DNA of 64,000 nucleotides from Acholeplasmataceae bacterium (GTDB lineage: Bacteria > Bacillota_I > Bacilli_A > Acholeplasmatales > Acholeplasmataceae). The DNA is taken from contig JAIPGC010000001.1 of assembly GCA_021736335.1 (NCBI GenBank), forward strand, positions 23,700 to 87,699. The letters run 5' to 3'. The position numbers and the translations under genes were made by a program. This document shows, piece by piece, positions 38,371 to 47,532 of this stretch. A model generated the notes under the pieces. That model was not told the DNA's origin. It made no database searches and saw only the letters and a program-made list of their open reading frames with translations. How positions within the stretch are numbered: position 1 is the stretch's first letter; the number at the start of each line of letters is the position of its first letter.

Positions 38371-40827
38371 ATGAAATCGAAATTGATTAAATTTCTTTTA
38401 GTACCAATGGTATTACTTTTAATGGTCTTTATCACAGCATGTGATCAGACAGTTGATAACACAGAAGCTTTAAATAGTGCAAAAAACGATTTAGCTTTAG
38501 TGTTTGCTTCAAGTGATTCAGCATCAAATGTCACTGTAAACTTAACATTACCTACAACAGTTGGTGACTTTGACATCACATGGGTAAGCAGCAATACAGC
38601 AGTTATATCGAATGCTGGTGTGGTTGTCAGACCAGCTGCTGGTGAAGATGATGTATCAGTCACTTTGACTGCAACAATCACTGATGGCACTTTGAGTGTT
38701 GATAAAACATTCACATTGACAGTTAAGGCAGTTCCTGCTCCAGTAACATATACTGTTACATTTGATTCCAATGGAGGAACTAGAGCAGTTACTCAAACAA
38801 TTGTTACAGGTGAAAAAGCCACTCTTCCTTACCAACCTTTAAGAGATGGTTACACATTTGGTGGTTGGTATAGTGATGAAGCATTAACAACAGCGTGGAA
38901 TTTTGCCACAAACACTGTTACAGCAAATATCACATTGTATGCAAAATGGGTAGCAATCATGTACTCAGTCACATTTGAAGAAAATGGTGGAAGTACAGTT
39001 GCTGATTTAACAAATTTCACTTATGGAGATCACATTACAGCTCCAACAGAACCAACAAGAGCTGGATACACATTTGGTGGTTGGTATAAGAATGAAGCTT
39101 TAACTAGTGCTTGGGTTTTCACTGCTGACGTTGTTAAAGGAGATACAACTTTATATGCTAAGTGGACTGCAATTGTTTATACAGTATCATTTAACGTTGA
39201 TGGTGGTTCAGCTGTTGCTGATTTGACAAATGTCATGACTGGTACAACAATTACTGCACCAACGGCTCCAACAAAAGCAGATTATACTTTTGGCGGTTGG
39301 TATAAAGAAGCTACATTGACCAATGCTTGGAATTTCACAACTGATATGGTTACTGCAGATACGACTTTATACGCTAAATGGATTCCTATCGTGTACACAG
39401 TTTCATTTAATGTTGATGGTGGTTCAGCTGTTGCTGATTTAACTAATGTCATGACTGGTACAACAATTACTGCACCAACTGCTCCAACAAAAGCAAATTA
39501 CACTTTTGATGGTTGGTATAAAGAAGTTGGATTAACAACTGCTTGGAATTTCACAACCGATACAGTTACTGCAGATACGACACTTTACGCTAAGTGGGCT
39601 CCAATTTTATTTACTGTTTCATTTGAAGTTGATGGTGGTTCAGTAGTTGCTGATTTAACTAATGTTATGTCAGGTACATCAATTACAGCTCCAACAGATC
39701 CTACAAAAGATGGATTTAACTTCATGGGTTGGTATAAAGAAGTCGAATTAACAAATCTTTGGGTATTTGCTACAGATGTTGTTTCAGCAAATACTACATT
39801 GTATGCTAAATGGGAAGCAGCTATCATATCCATATCAACTGCTCAACAGTTCTATGATATGGCAACTGGTGGTTCAAGTGATGATTTCATCTTAGCAAAT
39901 GATATTGACTTTACAGGTTTCACTTATACTGTAACTGGCTCAGGTACAACATTTAAAGGTACACTTGATGGCAATGGAATGACTATTTCTAATATCACTG
40001 TAACTGGTGATGTTGATGCGACTTATGGTGGCATATTCCAAAGAACAAATGGTGCAACTATTTTTGATTTAACGATAGATAATGCAAATGTCACTGTTCC
40101 TGGTCGTGCTGGTGTTTTAATTGGAAGAATTGAAACTTCAACAACTACACTATCAAATATTGTGATTATGAATTCTTCAGTATCAGGTACAAAAGGTGAA
40201 GGTGTTGGTATTCTTATTGGTAATGCTTCATTAGGAATCGTTGCTACAAATATTCAAATTATCAATTCTACAGCCACTAACTCTAATAAGAATGTTTCAT
40301 ATATCATTGGTCGTGCTGATAATGAAGTGACGTTATCCGACATATATGTTTATGGATCAACTGCAGAATCTACTGCATCACCATCTACAGATCACGGTGT
40401 TGCAGGATTAATTGGTTATACAAATAACGCTGCTGTAGTTGTTACTTTGACTAGAATCGTTATTGAAGACTCCATCTTAAAAGGACGATCGATTGGTTCA
40501 CTCATTGGCTATTTTAGATATGGTAGCTTAAGTGCAACTGATGTCATGACTGATATTGAGTTTGTCTATGGTGGTGTAGATGGTCAACAAGGTATCATAG
40601 GTAGAAGAAATACCGATTCAAATACGACAGATCCTGTATTATCTCATGTATTTGCTCATTTTGTAAATCAACAAGTTGGAGCTGCAGTACAATTAGATCC
40701 AGCATTCATGCTTGCTGATCTCACTGGTTTAAATCAAGCTTGGTGGACAACAAATATTCTTGGCATAACTCAAAGCGCTCTTTGGGCATATGATGCAACC
40801 TCAACATTCTATCGTATCGCATCATGA
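38371..40827 (+). CDS. Surface lipoprotein: Ig-like domain, five InlB B-repeats, GLUG-like beta-helix
   Basis: Lipobox ITAC; five YTV.F..(N/D)GG...GY.F.GWY...TLYAKW units; C-terminal LANDIDFTGF...F.G..DGNG.TISNI region. Confidence 0.8.
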   Translation: MKSKLIKFLLVPMVLLLMVFITACDQTVDNTEALNSAKNDLALVFASSDSASNVTVNLTLPTTVGDFDITWVSSNTAVISNAGVVVRPAAGEDDVSVTLTATITDGTLSVDKTFTLTVKAVPAPVTYTVTFDSNGGTRAVTQTIVTGEKATLPYQPLRDGYTFGGWYSDEALTTAWNFATNTVTANITLYAKWVAIMYSVTFEENGGSTVADLTNFTYGDHITAPTEPTRAGYTFGGWYKNEALTSAWVFTADVVKGDTTLYAKWTAIVYTVSFNVDGGSAVADLTNVMTGTTITAPTAPTKADYTFGGWYKEATLTNAWNFTTDMVTADTTLYAKWIPIVYTVSFNVDGGSAVADLTNVMTGTTITAPTAPTKANYTFDGWYKEVGLTTAWNFTTDTVTADTTLYAKWAPILFTVSFEVDGGSVVADLTNVMSGTSITAPTDPTKDGFNFMGWYKEVELTNLWVFATDVVSANTTLYAKWEAAIISISTAQQFYDMATGGSSDDFILANDIDFTGFTYTVTGSGTTFKGTLDGNGMTISNITVTGDVDATYGGIFQRTNGATIFDLTIDNANVTVPGRAGVLIGRIETSTTTLSNIVIMNSSVSGTKGEGVGILIGNASLGIVATNIQIINSTATNSNKNVSYIIGRADNEVTLSDIYVYGSTAESTASPSTDHGVAGLIGYTNNAAVVVTLTRIVIEDSILKGRSIGSLIGYFRYGSLSATDVMTDIEFVYGGVDGQQGIIGRRNTDSNTTDPVLSHVFAHFVNQQVGAAVQLDPAFMLADLTGLNQAWWTTNILGITQSALWAYDATSTFYRIAS
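38746..39815 (+). repeat. Tandem ~216-bp InlB B-repeat coding units
   Basis: Units starting at 39172 and 39388 are 216 bp apart and nearly identical in DNA; flanking units are more diverged. Confidence 0.8.
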
Positions 40828-40860
40828 TTTTGTAAATATGAATTAAACTATCATTAAAAT

Positions 40861-40900
40861 AAAAGATCATTTCATGTTATCCCAGAAATGATCTTTTTTT
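40861..40900. terminator. Bidirectional terminator
   Basis: AAAAGATCATTTC...GAAATGATCTTTT hairpin between convergent genes. Confidence 0.75.
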
Positions 40901-40908
40901 ATTCTTTT

Positions 40909-41961
40909 CTATTTCTTTATAGCCCATCTCAATTTAGCTGAACGTGCTCTGCTATTTGAACTTTGCTCATCCATTGAAGGTCTGATAGGACCTGGACTTA
41001 CCTCTTGGTAGATACCTTCCCTGAAATAGTGTTGAAAAGATTTTTTTACAAGTCGATCTTCTCCTGAATGAAATGATAAGATTGCAACTCTTCCTCCTTG
41101 TGCAAGTGCATTGGGGAGTTTTTCTAAAAACTCATAAAGAGCTTCGAACTCGTAGTTAATATCAATTCTTATAGCCTGAAATGTTCTTTGACATGATTTT
41201 TTGATTTCTTCATCTCTCGTCTTTTTAGGAAGTGCATATAGAGTGTCCTTAATGACTTTCTGAAGGTCTAGAGTTGTAGATATGTCATTTCCTTTGTGAT
41301 ACTCAGAAACAATCTGAGAAGCGATGATTTTTGCATGAGGTTCATCAGCATTTTCTATGAGCATCCCTTCAATTTCATCTTTTGTTAATGATTTTAAACG
41401 ATCAGCTGCTGATATGCCAATCTTAGGGTTCATTCTTAGATCAAGTGGACCATCGATTTTGAATGAAAAGCCTCTTTCAGGATTATCAATTTGCATCGAT
41501 GAAACACCTAAATCAGCAATAATGAAATCGAATGACCCATATGATTTTAAAGTATCGATATCACTAAAATTCATTTGTGCTATTGAAAGTATGTCTGAAC
41601 TATATCCTAGTTTACTAAGACGCTCTTGAGTTTTAGGACATTCTATTGGATCAGCATCTATTGCATAGAGGTGACCTTGATTATTTAATTGTTTTAATAA
41701 CTCAAGCGTATGACCTCCATAACCAAGTGTCGCGTCTAAACCGATTTGCCCTGGTTTGATTTGAAGGAACTCAATGATTTCTTGAACGCATATTGGGCGA
41801 TGCATACCTGCAGGTGTATTACCTTTTTGTATGATTTTTTCGATAGTCTCGGTATATTTTTCTGGTTGTAGTTCCTTATATTTTGCGTCATATGTTTTTG
41901 GGTGAGTTCCCTTATATCTTTTACGTCGTTGATGCTTTTGATCATTTTGATCGATGCTCAT
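40909..41961 (-). CDS. rsmH: 16S rRNA m4C1402 methyltransferase RsmH-family protein with N-terminal extension
   Basis: H.P, DATLGYGGH, DLGVSSMQID.PERGFSF, GPLDLRM, FQAIRI.IN.E, SFHSGEDRLVK, RARSAKLR; ATG at 41961 follows GAGGA. Confidence 0.85.
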   Translation of the reverse strand: MSIDQNDQKHQRRKRYKGTHPKTYDAKYKELQPEKYTETIEKIIQKGNTPAGMHRPICVQEIIEFLQIKPGQIGLDATLGYGGHTLELLKQLNNQGHLYAIDADPIECPKTQERLSKLGYSSDILSIAQMNFSDIDTLKSYGSFDFIIADLGVSSMQIDNPERGFSFKIDGPLDLRMNPKIGISAADRLKSLTKDEIEGMLIENADEPHAKIIASQIVSEYHKGNDISTTLDLQKVIKDTLYALPKKTRDEEIKKSCQRTFQAIRIDINYEFEALYEFLEKLPNALAQGGRVAILSFHSGEDRLVKKSFQHYFREGIYQEVSPGPIRPSMDEQSSNSRARSAKLRWAIKK

Positions 41962-42209
41962 ATTATATTTCCTCATCATCGTTTTATTATTTATTTCTAA
42001 TCATATGATATCATAAATGACATAGGTACCTATTGAAATTAAAGAAACATGCTTTAATCAGCTCTGAAAAGTAATCAAAATTGACAATTCATACGATTAT
42101 TATTGAAAAATATTAAAAATAGATGTATAATAATATCGTATAATAAAAAATAATATTTAATTCTAAAGAAACAAATGATTCATCTATGAGAATGGGGGAT
42201 TTAAAAAGC

Positions 42210-43694
42210 ATGTCTAGTCAAGGAAGAAATTATCACATTGAACAAATGGAAAATGAAGACAAGAAAGAACGTATGATTGATGGTGTAAAAAGTGCTAATA
42301 AGATGCAAGATAGAGCGATCTTTGGAAAACCAAAGGTTGGTAAAACATTAGCTAAGATATACGGAACAATTGTATTAGTCTTTGTCTTAGTGATTGCTGT
42401 TTTATTAATATTTGATGTTTTTCCAAATCCTGAAGTTGATGAACACTATATGATATCATTTGAAACAAATGGTGGAACAGCTATCGAATCATATGAATAT
42501 AATGAGACAATGGCCATTTCGTTACCAAATCAACCCGTAAGAGAAGGATATCTTTTTGTAGGCTGGTATTTAGATGCAGATTTTGCAACTATCGTAACAC
42601 CGACTTTTCTAAGATCAATCGATGATCACGGTGATTTAAAATTTTATGCCAGATGGGTTCCTGATAATCTAGAGATTATACTCACATTTGACACAAACGG
42701 AGGATCGCTTATCAGTGCCCAAACCTTATTGGTTGCTACAGATTTAAGTTCATTCATTCCTACAAAAGCAAATCTCTATTTTGCTGGATGGTTTCTAGAA
42801 CCAACCTTCAACACACTCACAACGAAAGTTCCTTATGAGAATAGAACGCTTTATGCGATGTGGAGCCCAATTGAAATGGCTATTATTGGTCAATCACATT
42901 ATTATTATACCTTTCCAGTAGGAACAACAGATTATAAGACAGAAACATTGATTGGTGGATTTGAGTTGGCTAAGACAGAAACAACATATCAATTATGGTA
43001 TGAAGTAAGACTTTGGGCTGAGCAACATGGATATATTTTTAGCAATTTAGGAAAAGAAGGATCAGATGGTGTGATTGGTGCTCTTCCAACTGCTAATAGC
43101 AACAAGCCTGTAACAAATGTCAGTTATTTAGATGTCATCGTTTGGTTAAACGCATTATCAGAACTCTATGAGTTAGATCCTGTATATACACTTTTAGATT
43201 TTCAGGTCATCAAAGATTCTGGGATTAATCTCAATGATATTTATTTACTGGTAAATACAGAAAATAACGGGTATCGTTTACCAAATTATTTAGAATGGGA
43301 AATGGCAGCTAGATGGAACAATGATACTGTAGAAAATACTTATTCTATGCTGGTTAGTGATCGCTATTGGAATAAATCTAACACAGTGAGTGGAGCAAAA
43401 GATGATACCATAGTAAGTTTTGTTTCTTCTGTATGGTATGCATATAACAGCTTAGGAGATGCACATGAAGTTGCTACTAAAAATGCAAATGATCTTGGTC
43501 TTTATGATATGAACGGTAATGTGAGTGAATGGGTTGATTATACCCAATATTCAGATTCAAACAGTAAATTAATTAGAGGTGGAAGTTACCTAGATAGTTC
43601 TCATGATGTATTAATTAGTTCATATGATTCGACTTTATATACAACAGCTTCAGATAATATTGGATTTAGAATCGCTATAGGAAATATCCAGTAA
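42210..43694 (+). CDS. Membrane-anchored FGE/SUMF1-like (C-type lectin fold) protein with two InlB B-repeats
   Basis: One TM helix, two InlB repeats, then KTETT, PVTNVS, GYRLP...EWE.AAR, N.LGLYDMNGNVSEW, RGGSY and terminal GFR. Start may be at 42186. Confidence 0.85.
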   Translation: MSSQGRNYHIEQMENEDKKERMIDGVKSANKMQDRAIFGKPKVGKTLAKIYGTIVLVFVLVIAVLLIFDVFPNPEVDEHYMISFETNGGTAIESYEYNETMAISLPNQPVREGYLFVGWYLDADFATIVTPTFLRSIDDHGDLKFYARWVPDNLEIILTFDTNGGSLISAQTLLVATDLSSFIPTKANLYFAGWFLEPTFNTLTTKVPYENRTLYAMWSPIEMAIIGQSHYYYTFPVGTTDYKTETLIGGFELAKTETTYQLWYEVRLWAEQHGYIFSNLGKEGSDGVIGALPTANSNKPVTNVSYLDVIVWLNALSELYELDPVYTLLDFQVIKDSGINLNDIYLLVNTENNGYRLPNYLEWEMAARWNNDTVENTYSMLVSDRYWNKSNTVSGAKDDTIVSFVSSVWYAYNSLGDAHEVATKNANDLGLYDMNGNVSEWVDYTQYSDSNSKLIRGGSYLDSSHDVLISSYDSTLYTTASDNIGFRIAIGNIQ

Positions 43695-43725
43695 CAGCTC
43701 ACAACAAAATGAGCATGATATAAGC

Positions 43726-43766
43726 AAAAACAGGCACTTACCTTGGGGAGGTATAGTGCCTGTTTT
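43726..43766. terminator. Bidirectional terminator
   Basis: AAAACAGGCACT-TACCT...AGGTA-TAGTGCCTGTTTT hairpin between convergent genes. Confidence 0.8.
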
Positions 43767-43797
43767 CTAAGGATTGAAGATGAAAAAGATTGATTTA

Positions 43798-45855
43798 TTA
43801 TACGATAGCAATCACGTAAACGATTGTATTTGCTAATGTGATTAATGTGAAGAACATAGTATTGAAGAATACAGATGTCCAAATGTTACCAGTCTTTTGT
43901 GAGAATCTTCTTGAAATGATACCAGCTACTGATAGTGTAGGAATTAAACCAACACATAAGATTGCTGATAATGAGAATGATGGGAAAGCTGCTGCGCCTG
44001 TATTGTATAGTACATAGTAGTTATAGACTAAGAATAATACAATTGGACCTGCAAGTAAGAAAGCAGCAAATAAATCAGCTAACCAACCCTTCATATTTCT
44101 TGTATTCACATGAACGCTAATAGCTGCTGCGAAGTAGTAGACAAAGATGATTGGCATATAACGTAAAGCTGCAACAAATTGTGGGCCATTGAATATTTGA
44201 ATAGCATATGTATAGATTCTAAAGTCTGTTAAGAATATCCAACCAATGACTGCAACAACTAATAAGATACCAGTTGTAACAACAGCTGCTGTTAAGAAGC
44301 TTGCGCCGATTTGAACAGGAGTTGCTTTAACACCATATGGATTTTCAACTTCTTCACCATGATTTAATACTGGGGCAGTAATAAATGTGACGAGAAGAAT
44401 TAAAGCAGCACTACATAATGCCCAATACCAAATTGTATTAACTGAAGATGCACCATAGTAATTAATATCAGAAACGATTGTTGTGTGAGTTAATAACCAG
44501 CGGAATGCAAGTGCAACAAAGACAACAAGTAGTGATCCACCAGAAACCTTGAGCGCAACCTTGTTGAGTTTTGGATCGTTCTTAATAAGAGCAGCAATCC
44601 AAACAGCTATAGCTACAACAGCAGCTCCACCCATGATATAGTATAGGGCTTCACCAACTTGTGCAAGCTCAGCAACCGTACGATTCATGAATGTTGGAAT
44701 ATAGAAAGCACTGAGTAATGAAGCAATTGAAACAACACCAAATTTTAAGTATTTCTTTTCAGTTGGCATTGGAGCTATTTCACCGATTGGTGTCAAGTCT
44801 TTAACATTTGCCTTCTTAAATACTGGTAATGTTGTAACAAGAGTGAACACTGGGAAAATCAATGCAAATAATGCAACTAATGAAACAAGTGTGAAGGCTT
44901 CTTTTAGCCACCAAGATTGATTTGTATCACCAGTACGAATATCATATGATTCTAATGTTCCTAAACCATGTAAATCTAATTGGAATGTGAATGCTTCTTC
45001 GAAGAATTCAATTGTGTTAGCACCAGTTTCTAATGACCAAGTGTTTTGTGGATGTGTTTCATTAGGAGTATAAATAACTCTTTGTCCACCATCTAAACTG
45101 TAGAATACACCAGCCTTAGATACATCAGTTCTACCTAAGAATAATAAACCTTGTGAATCAGTTACGAAGTCTTTGTAAATGACTGAGCCAGTACCAGCTG
45201 GAGAATCATTATCAAAGAAGAATTGGTCGTAATGAGCAGCAACTATACCAACTGATCTGTTTGCAAAGTATGTTGTAGGATCAGCAACAAAGACATAACG
45301 GAAGTCAGAACCTACTGGTAAAGCTGTTGTAATCTTACGATAACCATTTGTAGCGAAATCCATTTCATCAAAAACTAGTGCATATGCTGCAGAGAATCCA
45401 CCCATTGAGTGTCCACTAACACCAATCATACCATTGCCAGCACCATCTTTTAAGACGAAATCTTGATCGTACATGTATTGTGCAGCATCATATAGTGATT
45501 TTGCATAAAAACTAAATGCAGCAGCCATTTTAGATGAGTCACCATGATCATACATATCAATCGTTAGTACAACATAGCCTCTCTTAGATAACTCGATAGC
45601 ACCAATTTCTTGCATTTCTTTGTTATTTAAGTAACCATGTGTAAAGATAACAGCAGGAGCTGGATTGGTTTCATCTACACCTCTAGGTGTATATAGATAC
45701 CCAGCCAATTCACCATTATCAGTTTCAAACTTGATTGCTTCAACTTTTACTGAGAAGAATGAAGTCTGAACGAGTGATGCAGCAAAACTTGAAACTAAGA
45801 TAACAATCAATAGCACAACTAGCCATTTAACTGGCTTTAACAAATTTTTAAACAT
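43798..45855 (-). CDS. Extracellular alpha/beta hydrolase fused to a C-terminal multi-pass membrane domain
   Basis: N-terminal TM/signal, PAVIFTHG, ELSKRGYVVL.ID...HG.S, GHSMGG nucleophile, D and H candidates (HYDQFF, ETHP); about 9-10 C-terminal TM helices. Confidence 0.8.
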   Translation of the reverse strand: MFKNLLKPVKWLVVLLIVILVSSFAASLVQTSFFSVKVEAIKFETDNGELAGYLYTPRGVDETNPAPAVIFTHGYLNNKEMQEIGAIELSKRGYVVLTIDMYDHGDSSKMAAAFSFYAKSLYDAAQYMYDQDFVLKDGAGNGMIGVSGHSMGGFSAAYALVFDEMDFATNGYRKITTALPVGSDFRYVFVADPTTYFANRSVGIVAAHYDQFFFDNDSPAGTGSVIYKDFVTDSQGLLFLGRTDVSKAGVFYSLDGGQRVIYTPNETHPQNTWSLETGANTIEFFEEAFTFQLDLHGLGTLESYDIRTGDTNQSWWLKEAFTLVSLVALFALIFPVFTLVTTLPVFKKANVKDLTPIGEIAPMPTEKKYLKFGVVSIASLLSAFYIPTFMNRTVAELAQVGEALYYIMGGAAVVAIAVWIAALIKNDPKLNKVALKVSGGSLLVVFVALAFRWLLTHTTIVSDINYYGASSVNTIWYWALCSAALILLVTFITAPVLNHGEEVENPYGVKATPVQIGASFLTAAVVTTGILLVVAVIGWIFLTDFRIYTYAIQIFNGPQFVAALRYMPIIFVYYFAAAISVHVNTRNMKGWLADLFAAFLLAGPIVLFLVYNYYVLYNTGAAAFPSFSLSAILCVGLIPTLSVAGIISRRFSQKTGNIWTSVFFNTMFFTLITLANTIVYVIAIV

Positions 45856-46008
45856 TTTTTTCTCCCTTCGTTTCTTTTTTTATTTTTATATAATTGCTTA
45901 TATAAGTCCATATTAAAGCTAAAACATAGGAAAATCACAGTTTTAAAAATTCTATTAAAAAAAGCAAAATCAAAAGATACACGATGTATTTTTGCTTTGC
46001 TCGATGAC

Positions 46009-46066
46009 TCTAAGCGCTTTCATTAACTTTCAGTGTAATTATAACACTGTGATATGTAAGTGTCAA
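46009..46066 (-). promoter_or_regulatory. Consensus SigA promoter with downstream cre/LacI-type operator
   Basis: Minus strand: TTGACA (46066-46061), 17-bp spacer, TGn-TATAAT (46043-46038); operator TGAAAGCGCTTAGA (46022-46009). Confidence 0.75.
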
Positions 46067-46208
46067 TGCTTTTCTTGCATATATAATATGAACATCAAAG
46101 TTTTTATTATGAATACTCATTCTTGTTACACTTTCAAGCAAATATAAGATTTAATTTTAGACTAAATGTTAGAATTAATGCGAGAAATAACTTTAAGAGG
46201 TAACTATA

Positions 46209-47255
46209 GTGAAAAACAAATTTGAACTAGGAATAACTACATTTGCTGAAGTCATGCCGAATCCTAAGACGCAAGAAACCATATCATATGATTTACGGAT
46301 TCGTCAAGTTGTAGAAGAAATCGTATTAGCTGACCAAGTAGGTTTAGACTATTTTGGTATAGGTGAGCATCATAGAAAAGATTTTGCGGCATCCGCTCCA
46401 CATATGATCTTAGCTGCAGCAGCTCCACTGACAAAGCATATCAAACTTGGAAGTGCTGTGACTGTTTTAAGCAGTGAAGATCCTGTGCGTGTATACCAAA
46501 ACTTTGCAACATTAAATGCATTATCTCATGGACGTGCAGAAATAATGGCAGGAAGAGGTTCATTTATAGAATCCTTTCCCTTGTTTGGATATGATTTGCA
46601 TGATTATGACAAACTGTTTTCTGAGAAACTTGATCTTCTCGTTCAGATAAGAGATCATGAAGTCGCCAATTTCAAAGGTGATACAAGAGCTTCCATTGAT
46701 CACTTAGGTGTTTATCCAAGAACAAGTGAACCACTTACAATCAGTGTTGCTGTTGGAGGGACTCCAGCATCTGTCATTCGAGCAGCAAAATATGGACTTC
46801 CTTTATTTTTAGCAATCATTGGAGGCAATCCATATGCATTTAAGGGATATGTTGATTTATATAAAAAGCATTATATCGCAAATGGACACAATCTAGATGA
46901 TATGTTTATTAGCGTTCACTCACACGGGTATATCCATGAAGATTTTGATACTGCAGTTGAGGATTACTATCCTTCAATGGAATATGCCATGAATGTCATC
47001 GGTAGAGAAAGAGGATGGTCCAGGTATACAAGACAGACATATGATCAAGCAAGAGGAGAAAATGGTGCTTTATACGTAGGTGATCCAGAATATGTTGCTA
47101 AAAAGATATTGGACTTAAAAGAGTATTTAGGCATACAAAGATTTGCACTGCATGTGCCTGTTGGATATCTTGATCATGATAAGGTTCTAAAAACGATTCA
47201 ATTATTTGGTGAACGTGTCAAACCAATCATCGAGAATGAATTAAGAAAAAAATGA
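46209..47255 (+). CDS. Luciferase-like (LLM) flavin-dependent oxidoreductase
   Basis: GIGEHH, LGSAVTVLS..DPVRV, GRAEIMAGRGSF.ESFPLFGY motifs; GTG start after GAGGT. Confidence 0.92.
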   Translation: MKNKFELGITTFAEVMPNPKTQETISYDLRIRQVVEEIVLADQVGLDYFGIGEHHRKDFAASAPHMILAAAAPLTKHIKLGSAVTVLSSEDPVRVYQNFATLNALSHGRAEIMAGRGSFIESFPLFGYDLHDYDKLFSEKLDLLVQIRDHEVANFKGDTRASIDHLGVYPRTSEPLTISVAVGGTPASVIRAAKYGLPLFLAIIGGNPYAFKGYVDLYKKHYIANGHNLDDMFISVHSHGYIHEDFDTAVEDYYPSMEYAMNVIGRERGWSRYTRQTYDQARGENGALYVGDPEYVAKKILDLKEYLGIQRFALHVPVGYLDHDKVLKTIQLFGERVKPIIENELRKK

Positions 47256-47278
47256 AATGAATACTTAAATCATTTATC

Positions 47279-47309
47279 AAAACAAATCTCAGTTAGAGGT
47301 TTGTTTTTC
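47279..47309 (+). terminator. Terminator after the LLM gene
   Basis: AAAACAAATCTC-AGTTA-GAGGTTTGTTTT hairpin. Confidence 0.65.
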
Positions 47310-47532
47310 ATTTTCTCAACAATTAGTTGATTTATTCAAATATATTTCATCATCTTAACATCTAAAAAATGTCAAAATTTGATATTTCAATTGGCTATAT
47401 AGGGACTCTATCGTATAATAGACTTAAGTAGAATTAAATCATAATCGATTCAATCAATAAAATTTGTATTTGATTTTGCTAACGATTCTCAATGAGAAAT
47501 AAGAAATATAAAGTGTCATGCAGGAGGTATTT

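Noticed and set aside
43540-43800. Local DGR cassette next to the FGE-like gene
   Set aside because: No template repeat, reverse transcriptase or avd gene is seen; the downstream hairpin is explained as a bidirectional terminator.
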